Of a DNA stretch of 64,000 bases, positions 34,334 to 44,251 are shown piece by piece. The DNA is from Diplonema japonicum (lineage: Eukaryota; Protista; Euglenozoa: Diplonemea). The stretch covers positions 124,001 through 188,000 of the forward strand of contig OZ025749.1 of assembly GCA_964019335.1 (NCBI GenBank). The letters are read 5' to 3'. The position numbers were made by a program, and so were the translations under genes. Numbering within the stretch: position 1 is the stretch's first letter; each line of letters begins with the position of its first letter. The notes under the pieces are model-generated. The model was given only the letters and a program-made list of their open reading frames with translations, was not told the origin of the DNA and made no database searches.

Positions 34334-35257
34334 ATGAGTATTACGGTCTTCATTCGCACACCCTCAGGGGTGCACGACATCGAACTGAAAGGCATCGACA
34401 CACTTCAATTTTTGTATGAAAAGGCAGCCGAGACCTCCGGTTTTGGAAACGACCGGGAGATACAACTAACGTACGAAGGAGAGGAATTGGAAGCCGAGGC
34501 CGGCAGGACGGTGCAGGAAACAGCCCTTACCGACGGGTGCGAAATAGTGGCGCGGCATTACACGGAGATCCACGTCCACATCGAGGAGCTCAAAGACACA
34601 AAACACGATATTGAAAGACGCTTGAAAGCCCGCCCGGGCCTTCTACTTATCATCGATGCTTCTGGTGTAAAAGGCGGCATATTAACGCTAACTGGCAACG
34701 AGACGCCAAGCAACGTAAAACGTTTAAAATTTTCCGACGCCCACGGGACCGTTACAACCATAGACAAGGAGTTTCTGTCGAACCACGATTGCCTTGAAGC
34801 AGTGGATTTGTCCGGCCTCGGGAGTGTCAAGCACATCAACGATGGTTTCTTAACACGTTGCCCTGTGCTGAGTTCGGTGGACCTGATGGTACTGACCCGT
34901 GAGGTTCTGATCGGCAACCATTTTCTTTCGCAGTGTCCGGTTTTGAAGGGGGTTTGTTTGTCACGGTTGTACAGAGTAACCTGCGTCGGGAGCTACTTTC
35001 TGTCGGGTTGTAGATCGCTTGTTTCTGTGGACCTCAGTGTGATGCAGGTTGCCTGTGTGCGTGATGAGTTTCTAAGCGGTTGTACTTTGCTCAGCAGTCT
35101 TGACCTCTCTCCCTTGAGAAATGTGAGGTCGGTTGGTGGATTTTTCCTCCAAGACTGCCGTTCCCTGCGCGACGTGGATTTGACGCCTCTGAAAACTGTA
35201 AAGTTGGTGGGTTTTAGTTTCCTCGGAGGTACGAAGGTGCCCCGACGTGTTGGGTGA
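34334..35257 (+). CDS. Ubiquitin-like domain + BspA-type LRR protein (paralog 3; no CaaX as read)
   Basis: MSITVFIRTPSGVHDIE...LTYEGEEL...VQETAL; LRRs as in the paralogs. The stop overlaps a GTGAG donor-like site, so the 3' end is uncertain. Confidence 0.82.
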   Translation: MSITVFIRTPSGVHDIELKGIDTLQFLYEKAAETSGFGNDREIQLTYEGEELEAEAGRTVQETALTDGCEIVARHYTEIHVHIEELKDTKHDIERRLKARPGLLLIIDASGVKGGILTLTGNETPSNVKRLKFSDAHGTVTTIDKEFLSNHDCLEAVDLSGLGSVKHINDGFLTRCPVLSSVDLMVLTREVLIGNHFLSQCPVLKGVCLSRLYRVTCVGSYFLSGCRSLVSVDLSVMQVACVRDEFLSGCTLLSSLDLSPLRNVRSVGGFFLQDCRSLRDVDLTPLKTVKLVGFSFLGGTKVPRRVG

Positions 35258-35349
35258 GATATGGGAGAAAAAAAAAAAAAGAAAGAAAAAAAAAGAAAAA
35301 AAAGAAAAAAGAAAAATAATTTTGAAATAAAATTGCCCAAAGGCATTTT

Positions 35350-35387
<38 letters not shown>

Positions 35388-35454
35388 CCTGTAAGCATCT
35401 AAGACTTCAGCAGTTTTTCCCTCCTAAATTTCTTTTTTTCAGGTGGTGGGGATA

Positions 35455-35765
35455 ACATGAAAATATAAGAAAAACATCAGATGTGTTGTTCGCTGTTGAC
35501 CTCCTCGTCGGTCATCACCGGTAGCTCCCGAGTGGAAGAACGTAACGCAGATGCTCAGGGTGACGAACAGGCAGCAAACTGCACGAGCGCAGAATCTTGG
35601 TTACCCGGGACGCCCCGGCTGGGGTTGAGCTGTACACCGCACGCATTAAGGACACGACGCGGAACGCAGAAGAAGCTACAACTCGGCCGCGGCGCGCCCC
35701 CTGTAATCAAGTAGACAGTTCTTGTGCAGGGCGCCGCCAACACCGGCCTCCTTTAACTCATATAT
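35455..35765 (+). mobile_element. Probable degenerate 3' end of a retroelement
   Basis: GC-rich island with no intact ORF. Ends in the same 17-mer (TCCTTTAACTCATATAT, 35749-35765) as the 13384-14150 element, then a T-run. Confidence 0.45.
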
Positions 35766-36075
35766 ATTATTTTTTCTTTTTTCTTGACGAAGCCTTACCT
35801 ACAGAAGGTGCGCCGGCAAAAGAAGAAGAAAAAAAAAAAAGTTTTTTTTGTTGTTTTTTTGTTTGTTCACAATTCTTGCACTGTGTTCGGCCATAGCTTA
35901 CGTTAGCAGGATGACTCAAATACATAAAAAAGAAAAAAGAAAAAAAAAAATGATTTGAGTGAATACCAGTTTGTATCCCTCCCCTTATTTCACTCAAGCC
36001 CCCCCCCCTCAAAAATTTGAGTTATTATAACTCACATTTTTTTTTTTTTTTTTTTTTTTTTTTGCTTTTTTTTTT

Positions 36076-36325
36076 ATGGCGGACCACGTCCGTCAGCTGG
36101 CCAAGCCCCACCTATCTACACTGCATTATTTCCTCGGAATTGGACATAAGCTAAGAGTCAAGGTGCTACACCTGATATTTGCGGATATTGCAGGGAAACT
36201 CGAAAGCCTGCACGCCGACAGGTGAAAGCATTTGGAATCCCAAGCACGGGCTGGGGAAGAAGTACTCCCGGGGCTTATAACGGGCCTAAGGCACTACCAC
36301 GACAGAAGCAGGTTCAGGGACATTT
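36076..36325 (+). pseudogene. Possible decayed reverse transcriptase fragment of a non-LTR element
   Basis: Reads VLHLIFADIAGKLESLHADR*KHLES...LPGLITGLRHYHDRSRFR, resembling the RT FxDxxKAFDxV...L...G.P..LI region. Has an internal stop and T-runs on both sides. Confidence 0.4.
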
Positions 36326-37195
36326 TCTTTTTTTTTTTTTTTTTTGCTCTCCCTTTTTTTTTTTTTCCTGAAGGAAAAAAAAAAAAAAAAAAGAGCAGAA
36401 AAAAAAGGAGAAACGGAAAGAAAAAAAACCCCCCCCCTCCCAAAGACCGTCAACACCAAACTATAATTTTGTTGCTGTATATCCCTTCTTCCTTTCTAGT
36501 TTTGCATTTACCTTTCCTTTTTTTTTGTTTTTTTTTATTGTGCAGGGCGCCACCAATACTGGCCCCCTTCTTATATTTAAATGTCCCCTCTGAAAACATA
36601 TGGAAGCTTTCACGCGAGGTTTGATAATCTCCGTGTAAGGGGCAACACAGCAATTCGCATGCCTCTTCCCCCTCTCTCTCTCTCTTTCTCTCCCTCTCTC
36701 TTTTTTTTTTTTTTCAGTGTTTTTCTCCGGGACTTATACATAAACATGTACACTTCAAGCCACTTCAGCTTTCATTCTTAAGTGCACGCGCCGAAATTTA
36801 TTCTGACGGCTTCATGGCATCTACTGCAACAGGCTGGTGCCCTCCCCCGTGTAGCGAGGGGAAAAGAATTATCTGGCCCTCGGAGGAGAAAAAAAAAAAA
36901 CACTGCTTTTTCTCTCTCTTTTTTTTTCTGTTCTTTCTTTTCTCTTTTTCTTTACTTCGGGCGTCCTTAAATGACCTCTATATTACTTTCTCCCCCCCTC
37001 TCCCCCTGGGGTATCAAAACCCCCATTAAAAGTGAAACAAAACTCGTTTTTTTTTTTCTCTTTTAGAGTTTTGCACAATAAAAAAAAAAATACCCCCCTC
37101 ACCCTTTTTTTGTTTTATGTGCAAAAAAAAAAAAAAAAAAGAACTTGATACCTGAGGCACCCTTGAGGAACCAGCAAAAAAAAAATTAAAAAAAA

Positions 37196-38881
37196 ATGAA
37201 TGAAACAGCCCAAACGTTTGCGTGCAAACTCCGGCTTGAAGCAGAAGTTTTCTGCGAATTCTACATGAGGGAGGTAGAGAAAATCGAAGCCGCTTCTTTA
37301 ACTGGCAACATGCTGTCATTATACGAACGGAAAAAGGTGATATGTGCGGGTGTGGGTTCGGCGAGGGAAAGAATCCTCGACCACTGTGCCGATCTCGACA
37401 AAATCGCACCAAAAGAAACACAGGTGATCAACTGCGAGATAACCAACCTCGTCAGGAAGGAACACCAAAACCTCCTCAAAAAACGGGGCGTTCTCCGCAC
37501 CTCCCCCGTGATAGCCCTCATCGGATACCACAGCGAAGAAAGGTTCACCATGATGAACCGAATCCTCGACCTCGGCGGGGCTTTCAGCAAACGCCTGTCG
37601 AAAAACACCATTACACATGTCATCGCTTCACAAGATTCTTTCACAAGCACAAAAGCAAGCACTCTACGAGACTGGAATGTTTCTGTAGTGACCTCAAAAT
37701 GGCTGGATGCATCAGAAGCTGAAGGTTCGTGGGCATCACCTGAACAATTTACAGTTGAAAGCCAAGAATCGGCAGACATCACAGCGAATGTTTCAAACGT
37801 GAAGGAAGAGATACACGACGACGAGAAACCCGACGCCCCGCCACCCGAAGAAGAATCTTTTTTGAAGGCCGTCGAACGATTGTGCGAAAACACACAAGAA
37901 AACATCGACAGCCAGGGCGCAGACAATCTCTTCCTATCCGAGAAAACTGTGTCTACCGCACCGCGTCACAGAAAAAGAGTCTCACGGGCGGTACTTCTGA
38001 ACGACAACCAAGACGCTAACCAACCGTCTTCGAAAAAACAAAAACGAGTTGCTCCGGGTTCCGCGAACACCATTCGAAAGGACAAAGTGAAGACTGTCAA
38101 AGACACAAGCGCGGAGAGAATGCCCAGACAACCGTCTGTCAACACGCAAGGACCCGTTCTACCTACAACAGGCGGGGTGGAGTCCCAGCTGGTGAGGTGG
38201 GACAACAGCGCTTCATCAAACGTCGAAAAAAAACTGAAGGAAAAAGTGATGACGAAAATATTCCAGCTTGCCGGTGGCGGTTCAGTTCCAAAAGCGCGTC
38301 TTCACACCCTTGTAAAGATGATACAGTCCCTCCATGGTGAGGTCGAACTTGTTCCAAAATACGTTACCCACAGCAGCCACCTCCTCACGCTTTGCGAAAC
38401 GCAACAACTAACCGAGAAATATCTGTCGTTTGTTGCGTCGGGGAAATGGGTTGTCAAGGAAGCATACATTACAGCTTCTCATGAAGCAGGAGTTTGGTTA
38501 GACGAAGAAGAGTTTTCGTCTGATACTCCAGGTCGGCCCATCGCACACCACCGTGCTAATTTTGGCGGTGCTTTCAAGAACTGGAAGGTAATTCTTTTGC
38601 TGGAACCGGGTGGGATATCTGTTATACTACGAGCGGGGGGCTGTCCTGAGATATTCACATCCATCACCCCTGAGTCGGCCGAGCAGGCAACACATGTTTT
38701 GGCCGATGTGCCCAATAAGGGTCTTACTATAGACAAGCCCAAGGGTGTTTCTGAGGAGGCGTTGGCCCGGCTTGCTTCTTCCACTTTCAGCATTGAAATT
38801 CTGTACCGTGTTCTGTGCATCAGCATCGACGAGAAGGCGGCGCGGCAGCATTGTGCTTTGACCGTTTGCTACAATGAATGA
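37196..38881 (+). CDS. Multi-BRCT-domain protein (TopBP1/SLF1-like DNA damage scaffold)
   Basis: ILDLGGAFSKRLSKNTITHVIA...VVTSKWLDAS (BRCT) and IQSLHGEV...SSHLL...TEKYLSFVASGKWVVKEAYITASHEAGVWLDEEEF...GAFKNWKV...ILRAGG (tandem BRCT pair). Confidence 0.85.
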   Translation: MNETAQTFACKLRLEAEVFCEFYMREVEKIEAASLTGNMLSLYERKKVICAGVGSARERILDHCADLDKIAPKETQVINCEITNLVRKEHQNLLKKRGVLRTSPVIALIGYHSEERFTMMNRILDLGGAFSKRLSKNTITHVIASQDSFTSTKASTLRDWNVSVVTSKWLDASEAEGSWASPEQFTVESQESADITANVSNVKEEIHDDEKPDAPPPEEESFLKAVERLCENTQENIDSQGADNLFLSEKTVSTAPRHRKRVSRAVLLNDNQDANQPSSKKQKRVAPGSANTIRKDKVKTVKDTSAERMPRQPSVNTQGPVLPTTGGVESQLVRWDNSASSNVEKKLKEKVMTKIFQLAGGGSVPKARLHTLVKMIQSLHGEVELVPKYVTHSSHLLTLCETQQLTEKYLSFVASGKWVVKEAYITASHEAGVWLDEEEFSSDTPGRPIAHHRANFGGAFKNWKVILLLEPGGISVILRAGGCPEIFTSITPESAEQATHVLADVPNKGLTIDKPKGVSEEALARLASSTFSIEILYRVLCISIDEKAARQHCALTVCYNE

Positions 38882-39024
38882 ACTTTTTTTTTTTGCCCCC
38901 CCCTTTTTTTTGCTTGGTTTAGCCCATATCCTATTGCAATAAAGGGAGGGAGGGGGGGAGGGGAAAGAAAGAAAAAAAAAAGTTTTTTTTTGAATATTTT
39001 TGTATGCTTGGTATTTTTCGTCTT

Positions 39025-39060
<36 letters not shown>

Positions 39061-39119
39061 AAAAGAAAAGAAAATGTTTGTGTATCTCTATTCTAACCTT
39101 CCCTCTTTTTTTTTTTTTT

Positions 39120-40655
39120 AGGGTTTGAGAACAAGTCGACGATGTTGACGAGCACTGTGCTACCGTCGTGTCTGTACGGAGCAACGTATGCGGCACCCTC
39201 GGACGACCAGCTGAAGAAGATGTGTACAGCGGCAGTGGTCTCCCTGTGGGGCCCCCAGTTCGGGATGAGAAACCCCGTGTCTGTACTGAGCGTTCTGCTG
39301 CCAGGGCATACGGCACATCCGCTGTCGAAGGTCATCTACGGAACGATAAACAGCTTGGTCCGGGAGAGCCTGGCCTCTCCGCGTTTGCGGCAGCGTGTTG
39401 GTGAGATCATTGGTCTATACCAGGACCGTGATGACGATGAGGTGATGGGTCCGATTGGAGTCCTGCGGAACAGATGGCTCCCCTTTCTGGGGAAGGGATG
39501 GTCCTTTGTGGCCGACCTGCACGGAGATACAGCGGTGGCTCACAAAGTGAGGCAAGCCATCAGACCGGCAGTTGCGAAGAGGCTGATCGAGAAGAGATCA
39601 ACCTTCGTGGGGATGGAGGCAGGGGCGTGCCCGTCCACGAACTATTGGTGGAAAAAGCTCCAGGCCCGGAGACCGTTGGTGTCCTTTAGGTTGCGGCGCA
39701 TCATTAGTGGTGCAGTGTTCACGACTCACCCGAGGGTGTGGGGGAGAAAATTGGATGGCCCTGGTGTGGAAAACCCAGCATTAGCGTGTGACGTTTGCGA
39801 CCACCGGTCCCAGACAACGACCAGCATGACGGAGCATGCACTGTGGGAGTGCGAGCCGGCAAGGAGTGTGTTGGAAAGCGAGCAATACGCAGAGGTGAAG
39901 CGAGAAGGCCTCCCAGCTGCCACAGCCCTTCACGGGATAGTCCCAAGAGGGGCCGACAAAGCAGGGAAAGAACGTGCCAGGATGGTGCAACAATACCTCC
40001 TGAAAGTAGTGACGGTCCGTGACGCCAGAGCAGCGGAAAAAAGCAAGAGAGTGCTCACCTCCAACCCTTGGGATGAGGTAACGACAGGGAGGCAACATGA
40101 TGTTCCGACGGAAGCGTTGCTGAAGGCGAACGGGGCGTCAGGCGCGGTCCTGACCTTTCATCTGAAGAACGTCCTCAAGTGGCTAAGAGGCCTACGATGG
40201 TACGATGGTAAGAAGAAAACTTCCGTCACTACAATGGAACTCGCCATAGACTATGAGCAGACCACCCGCCGGTCACTCATAGGTCCCCTCGACGATCAGG
40301 ACCTGCTCACGGAGAAGGCCGCAAGGATGCGATACATCTTGGGTCGCATCCAGAAATGCTCAGCACGCTGTGGAAGGTCAGCCTTCCCCGCCAACGCCAA
40401 ATCAAGGGTGCATACCCTTCGACATCTTGGGGGCCCGACGGCACACGGCTACGACAGGAGACCACTCTTCTCCTCGAGCCAAACCCCCCCCTACCTAGCA
40501 CGACTCCAAGCAGTGTTTCTCGCCCAGATGCCGTCCATCTCATCGCGACAAACAGCCACCGCAGGCACCAGACAGCAACCGCAGAACGGTGACCGATTAG
40601 TGTGAATTTCTACCTGAACAGTGAGCACCCCCATGCACACTGAAATTTTATCGAG
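39120..40655 (+). mobile_element. 5'-truncated non-LTR retrotransposon: post-RT region, CCHC zinc knuckle, C-terminal domain (open frame to 40605)
   Basis: Begins directly after a T-run at LGFENKSTMLTSTVLPSCLYG (typical post-RT motif); CDVCDHRSQTTTSMTEHALWEC; C-terminus homologous to 13384-14150; ends ATCGAG followed by a T-run. Confidence 0.8.
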
Positions 40656-40760
40656 TTTTTTTTTTTTTTTTTTTCTTTTCATTTTCTTTTTTTTGTCGTC
40701 TAAGAAAAAAAAAAAAAAATTAAACAAGGAAGCGGGGGGAAGTTTTGGAAGAAAAAAAAA

Positions 40761-41369
40761 ATGACAGAATCCCACCAGGAAGCGAAAAGAACACCGGAGA
40801 ACGAATCAGAGGTGGTGGGCACAAAACGGGAATTGTCGCAATCGGAAGTCCCCGTGCCGGACAAACGGCCGAAATTCCCGTTCTACACAAACAAGTATTA
40901 CCTGAATGTTCCGCGGGTCGCACGGGTAAACGGGGGAACACAGATCACAGCGTGGCACTGCAATGGGTTGGCGGTGGAGTGTCTCGGGGAGGGACACCCT
41001 GTACTGAAAAAAAAAATCACAGAGGTGAGCTTCGAGACCGGTAAGGCATCCCGTAACGGTTCCAGCAGGCTTGACGCCGTGAACCCAAAGGGGAAAAAAA
41101 AACGCGGAGGCCTCTTAGTCAAACCAGAAACCGCCATTGCCATTGTAACATTGGACGGCGGTGACAGGTATAAAGTTCACGCCAACACCGCAGGGCAGCT
41201 CATAGAACTAAACACCAAACTTCTAACCCAGCCCGAGCTCCTGCAAACATCACGAGACGCCGACGGGTACTTCGGTATCATACAGCCTAACAAGGAAGGA
41301 ACCGACACCCTTACAAAAGCCGCTGCCGAAAATAATTTAACCCCAACGTTCCAGGTTGCCAGCGAGTAA
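40761..41369 (+). CDS. ABITRAM: ABITRAM/FAM206A (Simiate) homolog
   Basis: HCNGLAVECLGEGHP, KGKKKRGG, YKVHANTAGQLIELNTKLLTQPELL, GYFGIIQP. Confidence 0.88.
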   Translation: MTESHQEAKRTPENESEVVGTKRELSQSEVPVPDKRPKFPFYTNKYYLNVPRVARVNGGTQITAWHCNGLAVECLGEGHPVLKKKITEVSFETGKASRNGSSRLDAVNPKGKKKRGGLLVKPETAIAIVTLDGGDRYKVHANTAGQLIELNTKLLTQPELLQTSRDADGYFGIIQPNKEGTDTLTKAAAENNLTPTFQVASE

Positions 41370-41392
41370 TTTTTTTTTTTTTTTTTTTTTTC

Positions 41393-41424
<32 letters not shown>

Positions 41425-41464
41425 CATTGATTGGGGCGGGGGAAAAAAAAAAAAAAAAAAAAAA

Positions 41465-41989
41465 ATGGCGAATTTTCCCCGACAAGGGTCTCACCAACCC
41501 CGTCAGCCTCTCAATTCCGACTCTCCTGGGTATTATCGGGGAGGGTCGCCTGAAGCTAGGTATCCTTCGGGAGAATATCAACGAATGGTCTCGACTCAGC
41601 AGACGAAGTACGACGTTGCAGGGAGGGAGGAGAGGCAAAAGTTGAGAGAACGAGAAAGGTGGGAAAAACAAGCCGAGAGAGACGACAGAAGGGAAAGAGA
41701 AAGGGAGCGAGAGGAAAGAAGGGAGAGGAGGAGGGAAAGGGAGAGGAAAGAGAGAGTCCCCAGCAAGCCCCCTACACAGCCCACGAAAGGATCTGTGAAG
41801 CAGCCCCCTATACTCACCAAGCCGAGGAAAGAACACGACGGTGTCCCCTGGCCGCCCCCTGGGGTGCACTTCTATGTTGATGTAGATGGGGAGCTGCAGG
41901 TACGTCCGCCTCACAACCCAGATGAACACACAATTCACTCCCGATCGTATCTTAGAACTGTGAAGATCGAAAATTTAACGAACGACTAA
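41465..41989 (+). CDS. Hypothetical protein with Arg/Glu-rich low-complexity segment
   Basis: ATG after an A-run in a standard intergenic context; 174 aa; non-repetitive C-terminus (WPPPGVHFYVD). Confidence 0.6.
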   Translation: MANFPRQGSHQPRQPLNSDSPGYYRGGSPEARYPSGEYQRMVSTQQTKYDVAGREERQKLRERERWEKQAERDDRREREREREERRERRRERERKERVPSKPPTQPTKGSVKQPPILTKPRKEHDGVPWPPPGVHFYVDVDGELQVRPPHNPDEHTIHSRSYLRTVKIENLTND

Positions 41990-42921
41990 AGAAGAGAAGG
42001 GAATAGTGAGAGAAAAAAAAAATAAAAGTTTTGGAAAAAAAAAAAAAAAAAAAAAAAGGAACTAGAATTTTTTTTTTTTCTTTCTTGCTCTCTCTCACTG
42101 AAAACCGCTAAGTCCCGCTTACCATTTTCTTTTTTTTTTTCCGTTCCTTTCTCTCTGATCCATCCATGTCGCTGCACTTTGCGTGTCTTGCCGCAAGTGC
42201 TTGGTCAGGGAGGTGGAGGTTCTTTTTATTATTATTTTCTACAAAAAAAAAACTTTTTTCCCCCCTACAAAAATTGATTTAATTGCCTTCTGCAACGTTG
42301 TGCCGAGCAAAAAAGAGAGAAAGGGGGGACCCCTTTCGTCATTTTTCCTTCATTACGACTTAAAGCCCCGAAGCAAGGCTGCCTGTTTCGGTGCCGGAAG
42401 AAGAAGAAAATTCCCGGACGTCCAACGAAACTCAAACTGTACAGTCAAGGCACCTTTTTTTCTTTTTTTTTTTTTTTTTTTTTTCTATGAAGTCGTAGGT
42501 ATTCCTCACCTAGTCACGGGAGAGGGGGGAAGGCGAATCGGGGGGGGGGGGGGGGGGGGCAGGAAACAAAAAAAACAATTTTGCACACCCTCATTCCCTC
42601 TCCATGTAGCCCTACTTACAGGTCCTCCCATCGTGAGGTTTTTTTTTTTTTTTTTTTTTTTTATTCTCCCTTATTCTGTCTAGATTTCTTTTTTTGCAAC
42701 ATGTGCAGTAAGACCTTTGGCCGGGTCTGCGTAACGACACCTCCCCTCGCGAGTCGTTTCAAGGTCACAGTCTGTGCCAGGGGGACGGGTGCTCGGCAAA
42801 AAGACAAAAAAAGGACAAACCTTGGCCGAGTGTCACCAGCAATATTGGTACAGACATGTTAAAAGATCGAGTTTTTCTTTCTTTTTTTTTTTTTTTTTTT
42901 TTTTTTGAACAATCCAGAAAT

Positions 42922-42961
<40 letters not shown>

Positions 42962-43532
42962 TAGAAGAGGTGAATATCCAGATTTAAGAAGACGGTGAGT
43001 AACAGGAGATACAACAAAAAGAAAAAAAAGGAACAGAAAAAAGGAATGAAAACTAATGTAGCTCGCATGGTTCACCGCTTTTCCCTTCTTTTTTTTTTCA
43101 CCCTCTTCACCCTGTCCCTTCTCCCCCCTTCAAAAAATGTTGATTTTTTTTTGTTTTGTTTTTGTTTTGTGCAGAATGTGAAATGTGCCTGACCGAAGTA
43201 GCATAAAAAAGAAAAGAAAAAAGAAAGAGAGAGAAAACCCTCTTCAAAAAGTGTGTATACTTTGGTGATTGTAGTCTTTGTTTTCCTTTTTTTTTTCCCT
43301 CTTCTTCGCATTGAATAAAAAAAAAAAAAAAATGCGCTCAGCCGACCATTGGAAGTTTTTTCAAAAAAAAAAATAATTCCCTGTGTAGCCCCCCTTTTTA
43401 CAGCCCCCCTTGACGGGTGGGTTGTCAATTGTTTTTTTTCCCCCTTTTTTTTTTAATCTGTAAAGTACTTGTACCCTTCTTTTTTTTTTTTTTTTTCTTT
43501 TTTTTTTTTCTTTTTTTTTTTCCCCCTTTCTC

Positions 43533-44108
43533 AAAAAAAATAACTATTTATTGCCAACAAATTATGAGTCATTATTTAACTCGAGTTCCCGAATTTTTTG
43601 CACGAGGGCCTGCAGGGCCCGAGTGCAAAAAAACGGGTAACGAGAGTTAAATAATGGCTCATTTGGCGGCAAGTAAGTCGTTTTATTTCACTCTTCGTCA
43701 TTTGAGTCACTCACTCTTCACTGCTTTCACTGCTGTTTTTTTTCACGCAGGTCAGCCTTTTTGGGGAGTTTCCTAAGGTAATATGGGGTTGCTATTTCGC
43801 CGTGGCATTTTAAGGGGAAGTAAGGCACTTATTCCCACTTTTAAGGGCTGGAATGGCCTCAGATGGCCAAAAATAGTCAAAATACCCCCACCCCAAAAAG
43901 ATTTTTCAAGGGGTTGGGTGCATTTTTTCCACGACCCATTTTTTTACTCTGAAGGGCCATTATTTAACTGCAAAATCTCATTATTTAACTAGTTAAATAA
44001 TGGCGATTTCGCGTTAAATAATGGCCGTTTCGCGTTAAATAATGGCCATTTCGCGTTAAATAATGAGGCCCCTAGTGAGTGAAGAAAATGACGAAGAGTG
44101 AAATAAAA
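43533..44108 (-). mobile_element. Non-autonomous Helitron2/Helentron-like element A
   Basis: Imperfect hairpin of about 150 nt (43533-43684); perfect 23-bp inverted repeat TTTTATTTCACTCTTCGTCATTT (43681-43703 and 44086-44108); 21-bp GTTAAATAATG array (43957-44066); embedded in an A-run. Strand assigned by analogy to Helentron structure. Confidence 0.7.
43957..44066. repeat. 21-bp-period iteron-like array around a perfect 24-bp palindrome
   Basis: Two inverted CATTATTTAAC copies, the second forming the left half of CATTATTTAACTAGTTAAATAATG (43979-44002), and GTTAAATAATG units starting at 43992, 44013, 44034 and 44055. Confidence 0.9.
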
Positions 44109-44251
44109 AAAAAAAATGTTGTCCCTTCAAAACTGTGCCAATCGTAGCATGTGTGCCGTCATTTCTATTTTTTATGTTCCCCCCGCATCCCTTCAAAAAA
44201 AAAAAAAAAAAAAAAAAAGAGGGCGGGAAAAAAAAAAAAACTTTAAAAAAA

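Noticed and set aside
43957-44066. CRISPR-like regularly spaced repeats
   Set aside because: Period is only 21 bp with near-identical linkers and mixed orientation; eukaryotic context with no cas genes; part of a mobile element end.
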